Below are positions 1-10,403 of a DNA stretch of 64,000 bases, piece by piece. This DNA is from an uncultured Nitrospiraceae bacterium (GTDB lineage: Bacteria; Nitrospirota; Thermodesulfovibrionia; Thermodesulfovibrionales; Dissulfurispiraceae), in assembly GCA_963705105.1 (NCBI GenBank), contig CAVPIW010000005.1, positions 384,001-448,000 on the forward strand. Reading direction: 5' to 3'. The notes under the pieces were generated by a model. It was given only the letters and a program-made list of their open reading frames with translations. It was not told the origin of the DNA and made no database searches. Position numbers and translations under genes: made by a program. The stretch's first letter is position 1. Every line of letters begins with the position of its first letter.

Positions 1-30
1 GCTTCTCAATTCCCTCCTTTCCCTTTCCCA

Positions 31-342
31 TCACATCTCCGCTATCTTTGCACCCAGCTTCCGTGTGCTGATCTGATACTTTATCTCCGACTCCGCGCAG
101 AGAACTTTCAACACGCCCATAAGCACGCTGAACCGCTCGGACCGTATATACCGCTCCATGGAGTCCTGTGTCGCCCACTCTTCGATCAGGTAAAAGACGC
201 TGGAATCGTTCATATCCTGATAGAGAGAGTATTTCGCCAGGTCTGCTTCTTCCTCGAGATTGTTCTGCATGGACTGCAAGGTCTGGAGAAGCTCTTCACG
301 CTTTCCGGGGCGAACCCGAAGCAAGACGTTGACGGTGCTCAC
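31..342 (-). CDS. Antibiotic biosynthesis monooxygenase (ABM) / putative quinol monooxygenase family protein
   Basis: GTG at 342 after GGAGG; 103 aa with the ABM pattern (VRPGKREEL...YSLYQD...FYLIEEW). The ORF-track start at 480 is probably too long. Confidence 0.75.
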   Translation of the reverse strand: MSTVNVLLRVRPGKREELLQTLQSMQNNLEEEADLAKYSLYQDMNDSSVFYLIEEWATQDSMERYIRSERFSVLMGVLKVLCAESEIKYQISTRKLGAKIAEM

Positions 343-420
343 ATTTCCTCCTTTTGATCCCGATAAGAGAAGATTTAGGCAACCGAAACGTATGCTGCTG
401 AATCGATCAGCGGGAAGTAA

Positions 421-436
421 AGCAAGACACGCACCA
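421..436 (-). promoter_or_regulatory. Putative sigma54 (-24/-12) promoter for the ABM gene
   Basis: Minus strand TGGTGCGTGTCTTGCT = GG-N10-GC; AT-rich tract at 463-492; sigma54 activator encoded nearby. Confidence 0.6.
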
Positions 437-824
437 GGGGGGAGCGCGCGCGGGGATGCGCGTATTAAATTGAAATACAATGATTAATTGAATACGGAGT
501 GAACGGAGGGGGAAAAGGTGCAGGTCTGGCCACGGAATTAAACCCATGGAATACCGTGCATTCCACGGCATGTCGTGGGTTCTGCCGGTACCATAGCAAT
601 GATGCAATGATCCTGCAATTCGAGGATGTGTCCACCGGCAGGCTGTTTCCGCTTCCCTTCCAGACGTTCGAATCCTGAGAGCACCGCATTTCCGCTCTGA
701 TCGGCGCTTTCTGCCGCATCGTGTGCTGAGACCGTGAAGCCCGGCGGGATCATAAAGACCGATGCGAATCCTGAAACTTACATCCTGCATCTCCATAGTG
801 TCATCAATTTGCCTTGACACCGTC

Positions 825-868
825 TTGACATTGCAGTCTTGATGCGTTATCATCAAACATCAGATGTC
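825..868 (+). promoter_or_regulatory. sigma70 promoter and probable antitoxin operator for vapBC
   Basis: TTGACA(825-830)-17 nt-TATCAT(848-853); inverted repeat TTGATG/CATCAA overlapping the -10; ACATC-A-GATGT palindrome at 858-868. Confidence 0.6.
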
Positions 869-932
869 GGGCATGATTCATGGATTCACACGGGCAAGCC
901 CGTGGAACCCTGTTATGGTATCGGAGCGAACG

Positions 933-1160
933 ATGCGCACAACAGTCGATCTTGAAGAAGATGTCCTTCTTGCAGCCAAGGAAATTGCAAAGCAACGAGG
1001 CAGCACTCTTGGCCGGGTATTGTCGGAATTGGCTCGACAAACACTGACCCGACGGCCTTCTGTATCCACGAAGCATGGTCTGCCGCTCTTCCCGGTCCGG
1101 CCCGATGCCGCGGTGGTTACGCTGGAGCTGGTCAACCGCCTTCGGGACGAGACGCCATGA
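933..1160 (+). CDS. vapB: VapB/CopG-type ribbon-helix-helix antitoxin
   Basis: MRTTVDLEEDVLLAAKEIA motif; 75 aa; ATGA overlap with the PIN toxin. Confidence 0.85.
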   Translation: MRTTVDLEEDVLLAAKEIAKQRGSTLGRVLSELARQTLTRRPSVSTKHGLPLFPVRPDAAVVTLELVNRLRDETP

Positions 1161-1588
1161 CAACCTATCTCCTGGATGTCAATCTGCTCCTTGCCTTGAG
1201 TGATCCGATGCATATTCATCATGAATCAGCCCACCGCTGGTTCGCTGAAAAGGGCCGGCGGGCCTGGGCAACCTGTCCTCTCACCGAAAATGGCTTCATC
1301 CGCATTGCCAGCCACCCGAACTACCCCAACCGACCCGGCGATGTGACGGCTGTGCTTTCCATCTTTCGCCGGCTTTGTGAGGCCCCGGGCCATCACTTCT
1401 GGTCCGAGGACATCAGCATCCTTCAAATCCTCCAGCCCGAGGCGATTATCACGCATGTTCAAATCACCGACGTCTACCTCCTGGGACTGGCCGTTCACAA
1501 AAAGGGCAAACTGGCAACCCTTGATCAACGAATCCCGGTTGACGCCGTTCGCGGTGGCCGCAAAGCCCTCGAACTCATCATGCCATAA
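1157..1588 (+). CDS. vapC: VapC PIN-domain ribonuclease toxin
   Basis: YLLDVNLL, TENGFIR, TDVYLL and LATLD acidic PIN motifs. Confidence 0.9.
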   Translation: MTTYLLDVNLLLALSDPMHIHHESAHRWFAEKGRRAWATCPLTENGFIRIASHPNYPNRPGDVTAVLSIFRRLCEAPGHHFWSEDISILQILQPEAIITHVQITDVYLLGLAVHKKGKLATLDQRIPVDAVRGGRKALELIMP

Positions 1589-1664
1589 TCATCGGGGCCC
1601 GGATCGACTGCACGGGCGGTCAAGTAACGTCTTACACGGCAATCCTGGCCATGTGCCTTCCGGA

Positions 1665-3710
1665 TCAGGAAATTTCGGGCCGTACAATGTTGAGTTTCTT
1701 CATGCGGGTCCGAAGGGTGCTGGGCTTCAGGCCGAGCGCCCGGGCGGCCCCGGCCTGACCTTCTATCTTCCACTTCACCGCTTCGAGCGTCTTTTGGATA
1801 TGAGACCGCTCCACGTCCGTCAGGCAGGAGTGTGTTGTGTCGCGAACCTCAGCCGTAGACGGCGAGACGGCGCCGAGCTGCTCCACAAGCTCCAGCACCG
1901 GTCCGCTGCTCATAATGACCGCCCGCTCGATGACGTTTTCCAGCTCGCGCACGTTGCCGGGCCAGACATAGCCCTGCAATGCCCGCATGGCCTCCCGGGG
2001 GACCGTGGAGATGCGCCTTCCCAACTGCTTGTTCAGACGCTCGATGAGCGCATCGACGATCAGCGGGATGTCCTCAGTCCGCTCCCGGAGAGGCGGCACG
2101 GTGATGGGGAAAACGTTCAGCCGGTAGAAGAGGTCTTCGCGGAACCTGCCGTTGCGGATCTCCTCATCGAGGTGCCGGTTCGTCGACGCGATGATCCTGA
2201 CGTCCACCTTGATGGTATGGGGACTTCCGAGCCGTTCGAACTCGCCGCTCTCTATGACCCGGAGCAGCTTAGCCTGAAGCTCGACAGGCAGCTCGGCGAT
2301 CTCATCGAGAAAGATGGTGCCTTTATCGGCAAGCTGGAAACGGCCGATCTGGCTTGCCTGTGCCCCCGTGAAGGCGCCCTTTTCCCTTCCGAACAGCTCA
2401 CTCTCGATCAGGTTCGCCGGGAGCACGGCACAGTTCACATGGATCATCGGCCGGTCCTTGCGCAAGCTCGCCTCGTGCACTGCCCGGGCGACCAGTCCCT
2501 TTCCTGTTCCGGTCTCGCCGACGATCAGCACTGTGCTGTCCAGGGGCGCCACCTGGCGGATGCGGTAGTGAACGTATTTGATCGGATCGCTCAGGCCGAT
2601 GATGGTCTCCGGAGGGCGGCGCGTGCCGATCTCCGTCCTCAGGTAGGTGTTCTCAGCCTCGAGCATGTCCTTCAGCCTGGAGATCTCATCATAGGATTTC
2701 CTGATCTCCTCTTCGGCCTCTTTGCGCCCGGTGATATCGACCGACACACCCATCAGGCGGGCGGCTGATCCGGGCGTTTCTGCATACGGCCGACCCTGGG
2801 AGAGTATCCAGCGAATGCCTCCGTCGGGTCGCATGACACGGTATTCGACATTGTTATCACTTCCCGACTGCATGGTCATTTCCGCAGCTCGGAGAAGATG
2901 CTCGCGGTCTTCGGGGTGGACAATACTGAGGAAGCTCTCAAGGCTTAGATCGCTGTCCGGTGCAAACCCGAAAAACTCCTTGGCCTTTTCCGTCGTCCAG
3001 ATATGACCGGAGCCCACATCCAGGTTCCAAAGCATCGCCCCGGCGGCATCAGCCGTCAGACTCAGCCGTGCTTCCCCCTCCCGCAATGCCCGGTCTGCGT
3101 TTCTGCGCTCCAATGCATTGATAAAGATCTCCCCTAACAGCTGCAACCGCGGAACGTATTCTTCGGGCCACGAGCACTCCTCGCTCATGGCGTTGATTAT
3201 CACGACGATGGACGAGACCTTTTCTTCCATGAAAAGGGGAATGTCCAGGTAGGACCGGATGCCCATGGCAGTGCAAGTCGACCTGTCCTGTCCAGCCTCT
3301 TCCGGCAGTTCTTCCAGCCTTTCAATACAAACCGGTTGTCCCTGCAACACAAGCCTTTCATAGGCCCATGGAAACAGATCGGCGAGCTCAATATCCCCGG
3401 ACACACGCTCGATGCCTTCGGCATAGGCGGCATGGGTGACATGCACCCGTTTCCGGTCAGGGGAAATTCCGAGCAGAACGCAGCGCTCGAACTCGAAAAA
3501 TTCGAGCACCTGTTCCAGCGCGTGCTCAATTTCCCGGTCAACCTGGTCAGGAGCGATATTCACAAACCGGGCCGAGAGGTCCGAAATCAGCCTTTCAAAG
3601 CGCAAATGATCATCACTGTGACTGTCTTCCCGCCGCAGGGACGGCGAGGCGGTCTCAGCATCTCTTTCCCCGCGGTGCGGATCCCCTCTCCTGATCATCT
3701 CTTCATCCAT
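1665..3710 (-). CDS. Sigma54-dependent transcriptional activator with GAF and PAS domains (FhlA-like)
   Basis: GETGTGK, ESELFG, GAFTGA, WPGNVRELEN and a C-terminal HTH. Confidence 0.95.
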   Translation of the reverse strand: MDEEMIRRGDPHRGERDAETASPSLRREDSHSDDHLRFERLISDLSARFVNIAPDQVDREIEHALEQVLEFFEFERCVLLGISPDRKRVHVTHAAYAEGIERVSGDIELADLFPWAYERLVLQGQPVCIERLEELPEEAGQDRSTCTAMGIRSYLDIPLFMEEKVSSIVVIINAMSEECSWPEEYVPRLQLLGEIFINALERRNADRALREGEARLSLTADAAGAMLWNLDVGSGHIWTTEKAKEFFGFAPDSDLSLESFLSIVHPEDREHLLRAAEMTMQSGSDNNVEYRVMRPDGGIRWILSQGRPYAETPGSAARLMGVSVDITGRKEAEEEIRKSYDEISRLKDMLEAENTYLRTEIGTRRPPETIIGLSDPIKYVHYRIRQVAPLDSTVLIVGETGTGKGLVARAVHEASLRKDRPMIHVNCAVLPANLIESELFGREKGAFTGAQASQIGRFQLADKGTIFLDEIAELPVELQAKLLRVIESGEFERLGSPHTIKVDVRIIASTNRHLDEEIRNGRFREDLFYRLNVFPITVPPLRERTEDIPLIVDALIERLNKQLGRRISTVPREAMRALQGYVWPGNVRELENVIERAVIMSSGPVLELVEQLGAVSPSTAEVRDTTHSCLTDVERSHIQKTLEAVKWKIEGQAGAARALGLKPSTLRTRMKKLNIVRPEIS

Positions 3711-3714
3711 TGCT

Positions 3715-4917
3715 TCAGAAAATGACGCCGAGAAATTTCATGATCAGCTCTTCCAGCGGCATCATGGTAAGAGTAAGGGGAAGGACCGGCAGCAGGATGA
3801 TGACGATGAACTGAATGACCGTTTCTTTACTGAAAGGGACAGGCCGGATGCCCCTGATTATTTCGAAACTGTTTCCCAGGTCGGCGAGAGACTGTATGTC
3901 GCCGCTCCCGATGAATTGCTCATCCGCCGGTGCGCCGCCGCGAACCCATTTCTGATCGAACTCTTCGACATACCGGCTCGCCAGCTTTCCGTACTCGCGC
4001 AGGCCGGCCCTCCTGGCACGCATCAAGTGCGGGCTGAAGACAAGGAGTGGTCCGAACACCGCCATCATGACTGCGGCGGTAAGGCCAATCGCCTCGAGCT
4101 TGAAATCAGCCAACTTCGCACCTGCATAAAAGATCCGGTTGGCTATCAGTCCCGACAGCAGCACTCCATGGGCCATGATGAACAACGACTTCGCAAAGAC
4201 GCTGACCGAGAGGAAGCCGAGACCCGCCGCACGGTCGGGGTGGGTGGGCAAAAGGTGCAGGTCAAGCCTTGAGACCTGCCAGAGAAAGCGCGCCCATACG
4301 AAAAGCCGAAAATACCAGCGGATAAGAATGAACTGAAAGAGGGGCCGGCTCACAAAACCATACCAGTATCCTGCCGGTGACAGTCGCACGCCTGCGTCGC
4401 TCTGTGTCGCATACCAGGTTGCGGTCTCATGAACGACCTCCTCCATCCCGCTCATCGCGCTCCAGGTGAAATGACCTCCGACGAAGACGAAAAGGAGAAG
4501 CGCCACCTCAACAGCAATGGAGTTCCTCAATCTCATGGCGGAATCGATGATCGCGCCGAATCGCGGAAGCGACTCCTCAGGAATAATTCCCCTGTCCAGG
4601 AACTGTTGCACGATTGTCCGGATTCGTGTATGAACCATGAGCTCGGCAACGATGAGCAGGGGCAGCGCGAGCAGAAAACGAGACTGCATGTCGATATCAT
4701 AGAGGAACGGTATCCTGACGCCGCCAAGCGCCCTGCCGTCAAGCAGGGAGAGAAGGAAAAGCGGCAGCCACGCAAAGAGGGTGATAACGACAATGCGCTG
4801 CCTGAGGTGCCCGAGGGCCGAATCCTCCAGATGCGCACGAATCAGGAGCTGATACAGCGGCCCCCCGAGTACGAGCGAGAAATCCTGCGTTTTCTTGAAA
4901 TATTCCGATTCGTTCAT
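3715..4917 (-). CDS. Multi-pass membrane protein of unknown function
   Basis: Long ORF with many hydrophobic segments, HPDRAAGLGFL and DIQSLADL motifs; start uncertain (4917 or 4938). Confidence 0.75.
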   Translation of the reverse strand: MNESEYFKKTQDFSLVLGGPLYQLLIRAHLEDSALGHLRQRIVVITLFAWLPLFLLSLLDGRALGGVRIPFLYDIDMQSRFLLALPLLIVAELMVHTRIRTIVQQFLDRGIIPEESLPRFGAIIDSAMRLRNSIAVEVALLLFVFVGGHFTWSAMSGMEEVVHETATWYATQSDAGVRLSPAGYWYGFVSRPLFQFILIRWYFRLFVWARFLWQVSRLDLHLLPTHPDRAAGLGFLSVSVFAKSLFIMAHGVLLSGLIANRIFYAGAKLADFKLEAIGLTAAVMMAVFGPLLVFSPHLMRARRAGLREYGKLASRYVEEFDQKWVRGGAPADEQFIGSGDIQSLADLGNSFEIIRGIRPVPFSKETVIQFIVIILLPVLPLTLTMMPLEELIMKFLGVIF

Positions 4918-5015
4918 ATCACCGTTCGGAGCGCGCAAGGACGTGCATCAAGATCATTTTGTCGTCCTTTCCGGATCAGCTGCCGATGCCTTCTCCTGCA
5001 ACCGGGGGATGTCCG

Positions 5016-5654
5016 TCATATGTCCCGCGACGGACAGAGGTCAAAGAGGACACATTTCCCGTGGTCGGGCTTCTTCGCCTGGCAGACCTTCCTGCCGTGC
5101 AGGATGAAAAGGTGTGTCAGGACTCCCCAATCCTCCCTCGGATACAGGGCCATCAGGTCTTGTTCGATCTTCACGGGGTCATCGCTCTTCGTCAGCCCGA
5201 GTCTCCCGGCGAGCCGCTTCACATGGGTGTCGACGGCGATCCCTTCGCTGATCCCGAAGGCGTTGTACAGCATGATATTCGCCGTCTTCCTCGCGACGCC
5301 AGGCAGCTGCGTCAACTCCTCCATGGTCTTCGGCACTTCTCCTCCGAACTTCTCCATGATCATCTGCGCAGCAGTCCGGATATTTCTTGCCTTCGTCCGG
5401 TAAAAGTTGACCGAGCCCACATCGCGCTGGAGCTCCTCAAGCGACGCTTCCGCAAAATCCCTCACGGACCGGTACTTACGGAAGAGAGGACCCGTCACCT
5501 TGTTGACGAGGGCGTCCGTTGTCTGCGCTGACAGCACCGTCGCGACGAGCAATTCGAAGGGCGTCGAAAAGCTGAGCGCCGTTTTCGGATCGCGGTATTC
5601 TTCTTTCAGCCCTGCGATGATCCGGCTTACCCTCTCAGGCGCCTGCACGCCCAC
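5016..5654 (-). CDS. nth: Endonuclease III
   Basis: LSAQTTD, LPGVARKTA helix-hairpin-helix, VDTHV, C-terminal Cys cluster. Confidence 0.95.
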   Translation of the reverse strand: MGVQAPERVSRIIAGLKEEYRDPKTALSFSTPFELLVATVLSAQTTDALVNKVTGPLFRKYRSVRDFAEASLEELQRDVGSVNFYRTKARNIRTAAQMIMEKFGGEVPKTMEELTQLPGVARKTANIMLYNAFGISEGIAVDTHVKRLAGRLGLTKSDDPVKIEQDLMALYPREDWGVLTHLFILHGRKVCQAKKPDHGKCVLFDLCPSRDI

Positions 5655-6138
5655 CCCTGCCGGGCTGCTCTTTCTTCTTCTTTTTGTAGACGAGCACGGC
5701 CGGACGTTTTCCCCGTACCGTCGATGACGTCAGGAGCTGCTCCCTCAGCTTTGTCACGTTCTTTGTGACCCTGATGAAGCCCTGCTTCTCGAAATACTCG
5801 ACGAGGTCCGTCAGGACATAGATCGCTGTTCCCAGAGTGATTCTCAGCAGATGTTTGATGATGAGGGTGCCGATACCTTCACCCCACAGGTCTTCGAGCA
5901 CGACGACGGAATTGATCGTATGCAGATCGCCGATCTTCTGGAGCCTTCCGAAACCCAGCATCGTCCCGTTTTCCGTCGCCACGACAAAATCGCTGTAGTT
6001 GAGATTTTCGGTATGGAAATGGTATTTCTCCATCCCGCCCTTGATCTTGTCGAGATCGGCCATCGTCGCCCTGCGGATGGTGACCACCTTTCCGACGATG
6101 TTCAACGATCCCGGGGCCTTCTTCGTTTCATCTGCCAT
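5635..6138 (-). CDS. GNAT family N-acetyltransferase
   Basis: V...GEGIG acetyl-CoA motif and YFEKQGF. Confidence 0.75.
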   Translation of the reverse strand: MADETKKAPGSLNIVGKVVTIRRATMADLDKIKGGMEKYHFHTENLNYSDFVVATENGTMLGFGRLQKIGDLHTINSVVVLEDLWGEGIGTLIIKHLLRITLGTAIYVLTDLVEYFEKQGFIRVTKNVTKLREQLLTSSTVRGKRPAVLVYKKKKKEQPGRGGRAGA

Positions 6139-6184
6139 ATCTTCTCCTCCTTGTCTTTTTTCACGATACCGTACCGGTGGCGGT

Positions 6185-7084
6185 CTACAGGGTGAACAGC
6201 CTCGACTTGATGTCGATGGCAGCCACCGCCCCCTCTCCCGCAGCGATCACCACCTGATCATGCCCCGTATTCAGGGGGCCGACAATATAAAGCCCCCCGA
6301 TGGACGATTCATAATTATGGTTCGTCACATACTTGAAGCCCTTGCCGTCCCTCTTCAGGGGAAGCTCGGAGAGAAAGGCGTTGTTGAGCTTGAACCCGAA
6401 ATTGGACATGATCACTTCGCATTCTATGATGCTCCCATCCTGCAGCTCGAGGCCCTCCATCCGTCCCGTCCCGGTGATTCTGCGGGGCCGCCCCTTGACG
6501 AGCCGTATCCCCTGGTCCGCCAGTTCCTCCTTGTAGTCTTCCGGCGGGTTATAGATGCAGAGCAGGAGCGTCACGTCCTTCGTGAACATCTCCTTCATGG
6601 CAAAGGCCAGCCTCACCGTGTAAATGGAGTTGCCGATGACCAGGAGCTTCCTGTCCGTGCAGCGGTAGCCGTCGCAGTCGACGCAGGTGAAGAAACTCGT
6701 GCCGAGATAGGTATGGACGTTTTCGATCTCGGGGAGGTTGTCCATCACCCCCGATGAGACAATGACGAACTGCGCCTTTTCCACGCCCTCTTCCGTGTAG
6801 ACTTCGAAAACATCTTTCGGCTTCAGGATTTTCGTGACGAGCCCCCTTCTGACTTCGACGTTAAAGCTCTTCGCCTGCTCGATGCCGAGCCGGACGATTT
6901 CTCTTCCCGAAATGTCTTTTTGAGTGAGGAAGTTCTCGATATGCTTTGCGTGCCAGGTGCGCCCGCCGCTCCGGTCGATGAGGAGCACCTTCCTGTTGTA
7001 CCTTCCCAGGTAGATCGCGGCCTGAAGACCGCCCGGACCTGCGCCGACGATGAGGCAATCATATATGCGTTCCTGTTGTTCCAT
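6185..7084 (-). CDS. Thioredoxin reductase-like NAD(P)/FAD oxidoreductase
   Basis: GAGPGG, CVDCDG redox motif, AAGEG. Confidence 0.9.
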   Translation of the reverse strand: MEQQERIYDCLIVGAGPGGLQAAIYLGRYNRKVLLIDRSGGRTWHAKHIENFLTQKDISGREIVRLGIEQAKSFNVEVRRGLVTKILKPKDVFEVYTEEGVEKAQFVIVSSGVMDNLPEIENVHTYLGTSFFTCVDCDGYRCTDRKLLVIGNSIYTVRLAFAMKEMFTKDVTLLLCIYNPPEDYKEELADQGIRLVKGRPRRITGTGRMEGLELQDGSIIECEVIMSNFGFKLNNAFLSELPLKRDGKGFKYVTNHNYESSIGGLYIVGPLNTGHDQVVIAAGEGAVAAIDIKSRLFTL

Positions 7085-7107
7085 AGTGACCGATGGACTC
7101 CCTGTGA

Positions 7108-7734
7108 TTATGTCTGTCCGGATGCCGCCAAAGCCGGCAGCATGCCCCCGACGTCCTGCAGGAACTCCTGGACCGTCGTGAAATGAATGACGACCAGGCC
7201 CTGACCTTTCGCCCGCTCCGTGTTTTTCTCGTTGTCGTCGATGAAGAGCACCTCCCCGGACTTACACTGAAGGAGAGCGACGACATCGGCGAACAGCGAG
7301 GGGTCTCTTTTGCTTTTCCCCATCCTGAAGGAGTTCAGGACACAGTGAAACCGATGATAAAAAGGCGTCCTCTTCTCAATCTCCTCAAGCCAGTTCGTCT
7401 GGTCACTGAGGATGCCGACCCTGATGCCGTTGTCTCTCATCCCGTCTACGATTGAAAGCATGGCATCTCTCAGCACGAAGCGCTTCAGGATCTCCTGCCT
7501 CAGGGCCTTATCACTTCCCGTGATTCCCGTTTTCTTCCTGATCGCGTCCCAATAAACGGCCTCTTCGACGCGGCCCGTGACATAGCCGGTCTCGTAGACC
7601 GATTCCTCAGCGATCCGGAAGAACGGCCCGGGATCGAGCCCCCTGCTCTCCGCGATCGCCGTCAGCCCGCCCCTGAAACCCTCTTCGGCGATGACGCCGC
7701 CGAAATCGAAAAGCACTGCGCATATTGAATCCAT
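7108..7734 (-). CDS. HAD family phosphatase
   Basis: FDFGGV, SK.D and FIDD motifs. Confidence 0.9.
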   Translation of the reverse strand: MDSICAVLFDFGGVIAEEGFRGGLTAIAESRGLDPGPFFRIAEESVYETGYVTGRVEEAVYWDAIRKKTGITGSDKALRQEILKRFVLRDAMLSIVDGMRDNGIRVGILSDQTNWLEEIEKRTPFYHRFHCVLNSFRMGKSKRDPSLFADVVALLQCKSGEVLFIDDNEKNTERAKGQGLVVIHFTTVQEFLQDVGGMLPALAASGQT

Positions 7735-7879
7735 GAATGGGTGTTCACCTCGTTCTTACAATACCCTAATTATACCTCAATGTGATGTCTATCGTTACAT
7801 AAGCATATGCCCGCTTTGTGGCTTCGTGTGAGACTGTCTTTTTCAGTCTCTCACACGATTGATGGGATGTCGCTCCTGT

Positions 7880-8192
7880 CCGAAATAGCTTACAGTGAGG
7901 CCTTAAAAACGAGGATAGGGTGTGATTTCTGAAGCAAAATTCACGGTTGCCTTGCACGAAAAGACGGTGCAAAACGCTCTAAAAACAGTGTCAGTGTCAG
8001 TGTGAGTGTCCGTAAAAGGTTAATTTTGTTCGATCGTTGGTCTGCAATGGTCTGTACGGGAAGGCAGAGGTTTCGCAGCACCGATGCTTTTCGGCGCATT
8101 CGCCCCGTCTTTCCTGAGATCTCATTGCGGTGATAAGGGTTTATTATGCGAAGAAATCATGCCCTATCCTCGTGCCACATTATTTTGGACGC
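7880..8192 (+). repeat. Palindromic element family D, interrupted by a hexamer tract (about 7986-8010) and an inverted family-B end (about 8066-8141)
   Basis: TTTCTGAAGCAAAATTCACGG and GCGAAGAAATCAT...TTTTGGAC arms shared with 51897-52131 and 55677-55912. Confidence 0.75.
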
Positions 8193-8235
8193 CGGCGATG
8201 TCATGTATAATTGAGGATGAACAGGCAGGAAATTC

Positions 8236-10137
8236 ATGGAAACGGAGGCCGGCATGAGTGAAGAGCACAGTGCACTGCAATCGCTTCGCGAGCGTCATCC
8301 GGAGAAATTCATCGACAAAGAGCGCATATTCGGCAATATCCGCGGAGGTGACAGGATATTCGTCGGCACGGGATGCGGCGAGCCCGCCCACCTCGTTCAG
8401 GCGCTTGTCGACTATGTACACGCCAATCCCACGGCATTTTTCGACACCGAGGTGCTCCAGGTCTGGTCGCTCGGCGTCGCCCCTTATACGGACGAGAAGT
8501 TCAAGAGCAATTTTCGCCAGAACTCGTTCTTTATCAGTAATGCCAACAGGGATGCGATCAACAGGGGGATCGCCGACTACACCCCCATATTCCTGTTCTC
8601 CGTTCCCGGACTCTTCCGCCGGCGTCTCGTCCCTGTCGACGTCGCCCTGATCCAGACCTCCATGCCCGATGATCACGGCTATGTGAGCCTGGGGATAAGC
8701 GTCGACATTGTGAAAGCGGCTGCCGAGGCGGCTGACCTCGTCATTGCGCAGGTCAATTCACACATGCCCCGCGTCCACGGGGACTCCTTCATTCACGTGC
8801 GTGACATCGATTACATCGTTCACTATGACGAGCCCCTGCTCGAATACGAGACGACCGTGTCTGACAAGACGATGGAGAGGATAGGCGCCTACGTCTCCCG
8901 CATCATCCAGGACGGCGACACCATTCAGGTCGGGTACGGCAGCATGCCCAATTCGATCCTCATGCACCTCAAAGACAAGAAACATCTCGGTGTACACACG
9001 GAACTGCTCAGCGACGGGATCGCCGAGCTGATGAGGTTGGGCGTCATTGACAACTCGAAGAAGGAAGTCGACCGGGGAAAGACGGTCGCTGCTTTCTGTA
9101 TGGGGAAGCGTTCGACCTACGAATTCGTCCGTGACAACCCGGGCGTCGAATTCAGGCCCGTCAGTTACACGAACGACCCTATGGTCATAGCGCGGCATCT
9201 GAACATGGTCGCTATCAACAGCGCCCTTAAAATCGACCTGACCGGCCAGGCAACGGCCGAATCTCTCGGCTCGCTGTTCTACAGCGGTATCGGGGGACAG
9301 GCGGACTTCATGAGGGGCGCCATCCTCTCGCGGGGCGGCAAGACCATTCTCGCGATGGAGTCGACCGCTGAAAATGGCAGCATATCGAGGATCGTCCCCT
9401 CCCTCATCGAAGGTGAAGCGGTATCCCTTATAAGGGGCGACATACATTACGTCGTCACGGAATGCGGCATCGCCTATCTCCACGGCAAGAATATCAGGGA
9501 ACGCGCCATGGCACTGATCGCCATCGCCCACCCGAAGTTCCGCCATGAGCTGCTTGAGGAAGCGAAGAGGCGGGGCCTCGTCTATCAGGACCAGGCATAT
9601 ATACCGGGAGAGAAAGGCGTGTACCCCGAATACCTCGAAACGTACCGCACGACGAAAACGGGCCTGAAGATGCTCCTGAGACCCGTGAGAATCAGCGATG
9701 AGCCTCTCCTGAAGGATTTTTTCTATTCCCTCTCGTCCGATTTCATGTACCGGCGGTTCATGTCCGCCCGAAGGGACATGCCCCACGAGCGGCTCCAGAA
9801 ATTCGTCGTCATCGACTACACGAGAGAAATGACCATCCTGGCGGTCGTTGAGGAGGAGGAGAAGGAGGTCATCGTCGGGATGGGGCAGTACTTCATCGAA
9901 GAGCACTCCCACAGCGCCGAGGTGGCCTTCGTGGTGCGGGACGATTACAAGGGCAGGGGCATTGCGCTGGAGCTGCTGTCCCACATGATCCACCTTGCGC
10001 GGAAGAGCGGCCTGATTTATCTGACGGCGGAGGTGCTGAAGGACAACGAGCCGATGCTGAACCTGTTCAGGAAGATGTTCCCCGCCCTCGAGAGGAGAAT
10101 CGGAGACGAGGTCTACCTGCTGAAAATGACTCTCTAA
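8236..10137 (+). CDS. Acetyl-CoA hydrolase/transferase fused to a C-terminal GNAT domain
   Basis: LGVHTE, SGIGGQADF, YVVTECG, AHPKFR; C-terminal AEVAFVV...GRGIA. Confidence 0.9.
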   Translation: METEAGMSEEHSALQSLRERHPEKFIDKERIFGNIRGGDRIFVGTGCGEPAHLVQALVDYVHANPTAFFDTEVLQVWSLGVAPYTDEKFKSNFRQNSFFISNANRDAINRGIADYTPIFLFSVPGLFRRRLVPVDVALIQTSMPDDHGYVSLGISVDIVKAAAEAADLVIAQVNSHMPRVHGDSFIHVRDIDYIVHYDEPLLEYETTVSDKTMERIGAYVSRIIQDGDTIQVGYGSMPNSILMHLKDKKHLGVHTELLSDGIAELMRLGVIDNSKKEVDRGKTVAAFCMGKRSTYEFVRDNPGVEFRPVSYTNDPMVIARHLNMVAINSALKIDLTGQATAESLGSLFYSGIGGQADFMRGAILSRGGKTILAMESTAENGSISRIVPSLIEGEAVSLIRGDIHYVVTECGIAYLHGKNIRERAMALIAIAHPKFRHELLEEAKRRGLVYQDQAYIPGEKGVYPEYLETYRTTKTGLKMLLRPVRISDEPLLKDFFYSLSSDFMYRRFMSARRDMPHERLQKFVVIDYTREMTILAVVEEEEKEVIVGMGQYFIEEHSHSAEVAFVVRDDYKGRGIALELLSHMIHLARKSGLIYLTAEVLKDNEPMLNLFRKMFPALERRIGDEVYLLKMTL

Positions 10138-10347
10138 ACCTTAACATTGCAATAGGATATCCGGAAAGGCGGGATGTATGCGCCGAAAACCTTGATGCGG
10201 CGACACCTTAACCTTCACTGACGATAATATTTCAAGCCAATGGTCGATCACACAAACAGTGGAATCCTGAAAGACAAACCTGACGAGGCTCATCGTCGCC
10301 TTCAGCAAGGCTTTGAGGCGCTTCGTCCCGCCTTTTTTACAACTGCA
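10138..10347 (+). repeat. Palindromic element family A, copy 1
   Basis: AAAGGCGGG..GCGCCGAAAACCTTGATGCGGCGAC...GTCGCCTTCAGCAAGGCTTTGAGGCGCTTCG.CCCGCCTTT; matches 12644-12850 and 50893-51110. Confidence 0.9.
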
Positions 10348-10403
10348 GGGCAAACCCCGCATGCCGATGACGCTGCGCGCTCTTTTCATGATATAGTTTA
10401 ATT

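Noticed and set aside
1377..2768. Long antisense ORFs such as this 463-aa frame (also 8758-9993, 44878-46314, 60977-62551)
   Set aside because: Opposite-strand shadows of well-supported genes in high-GC DNA
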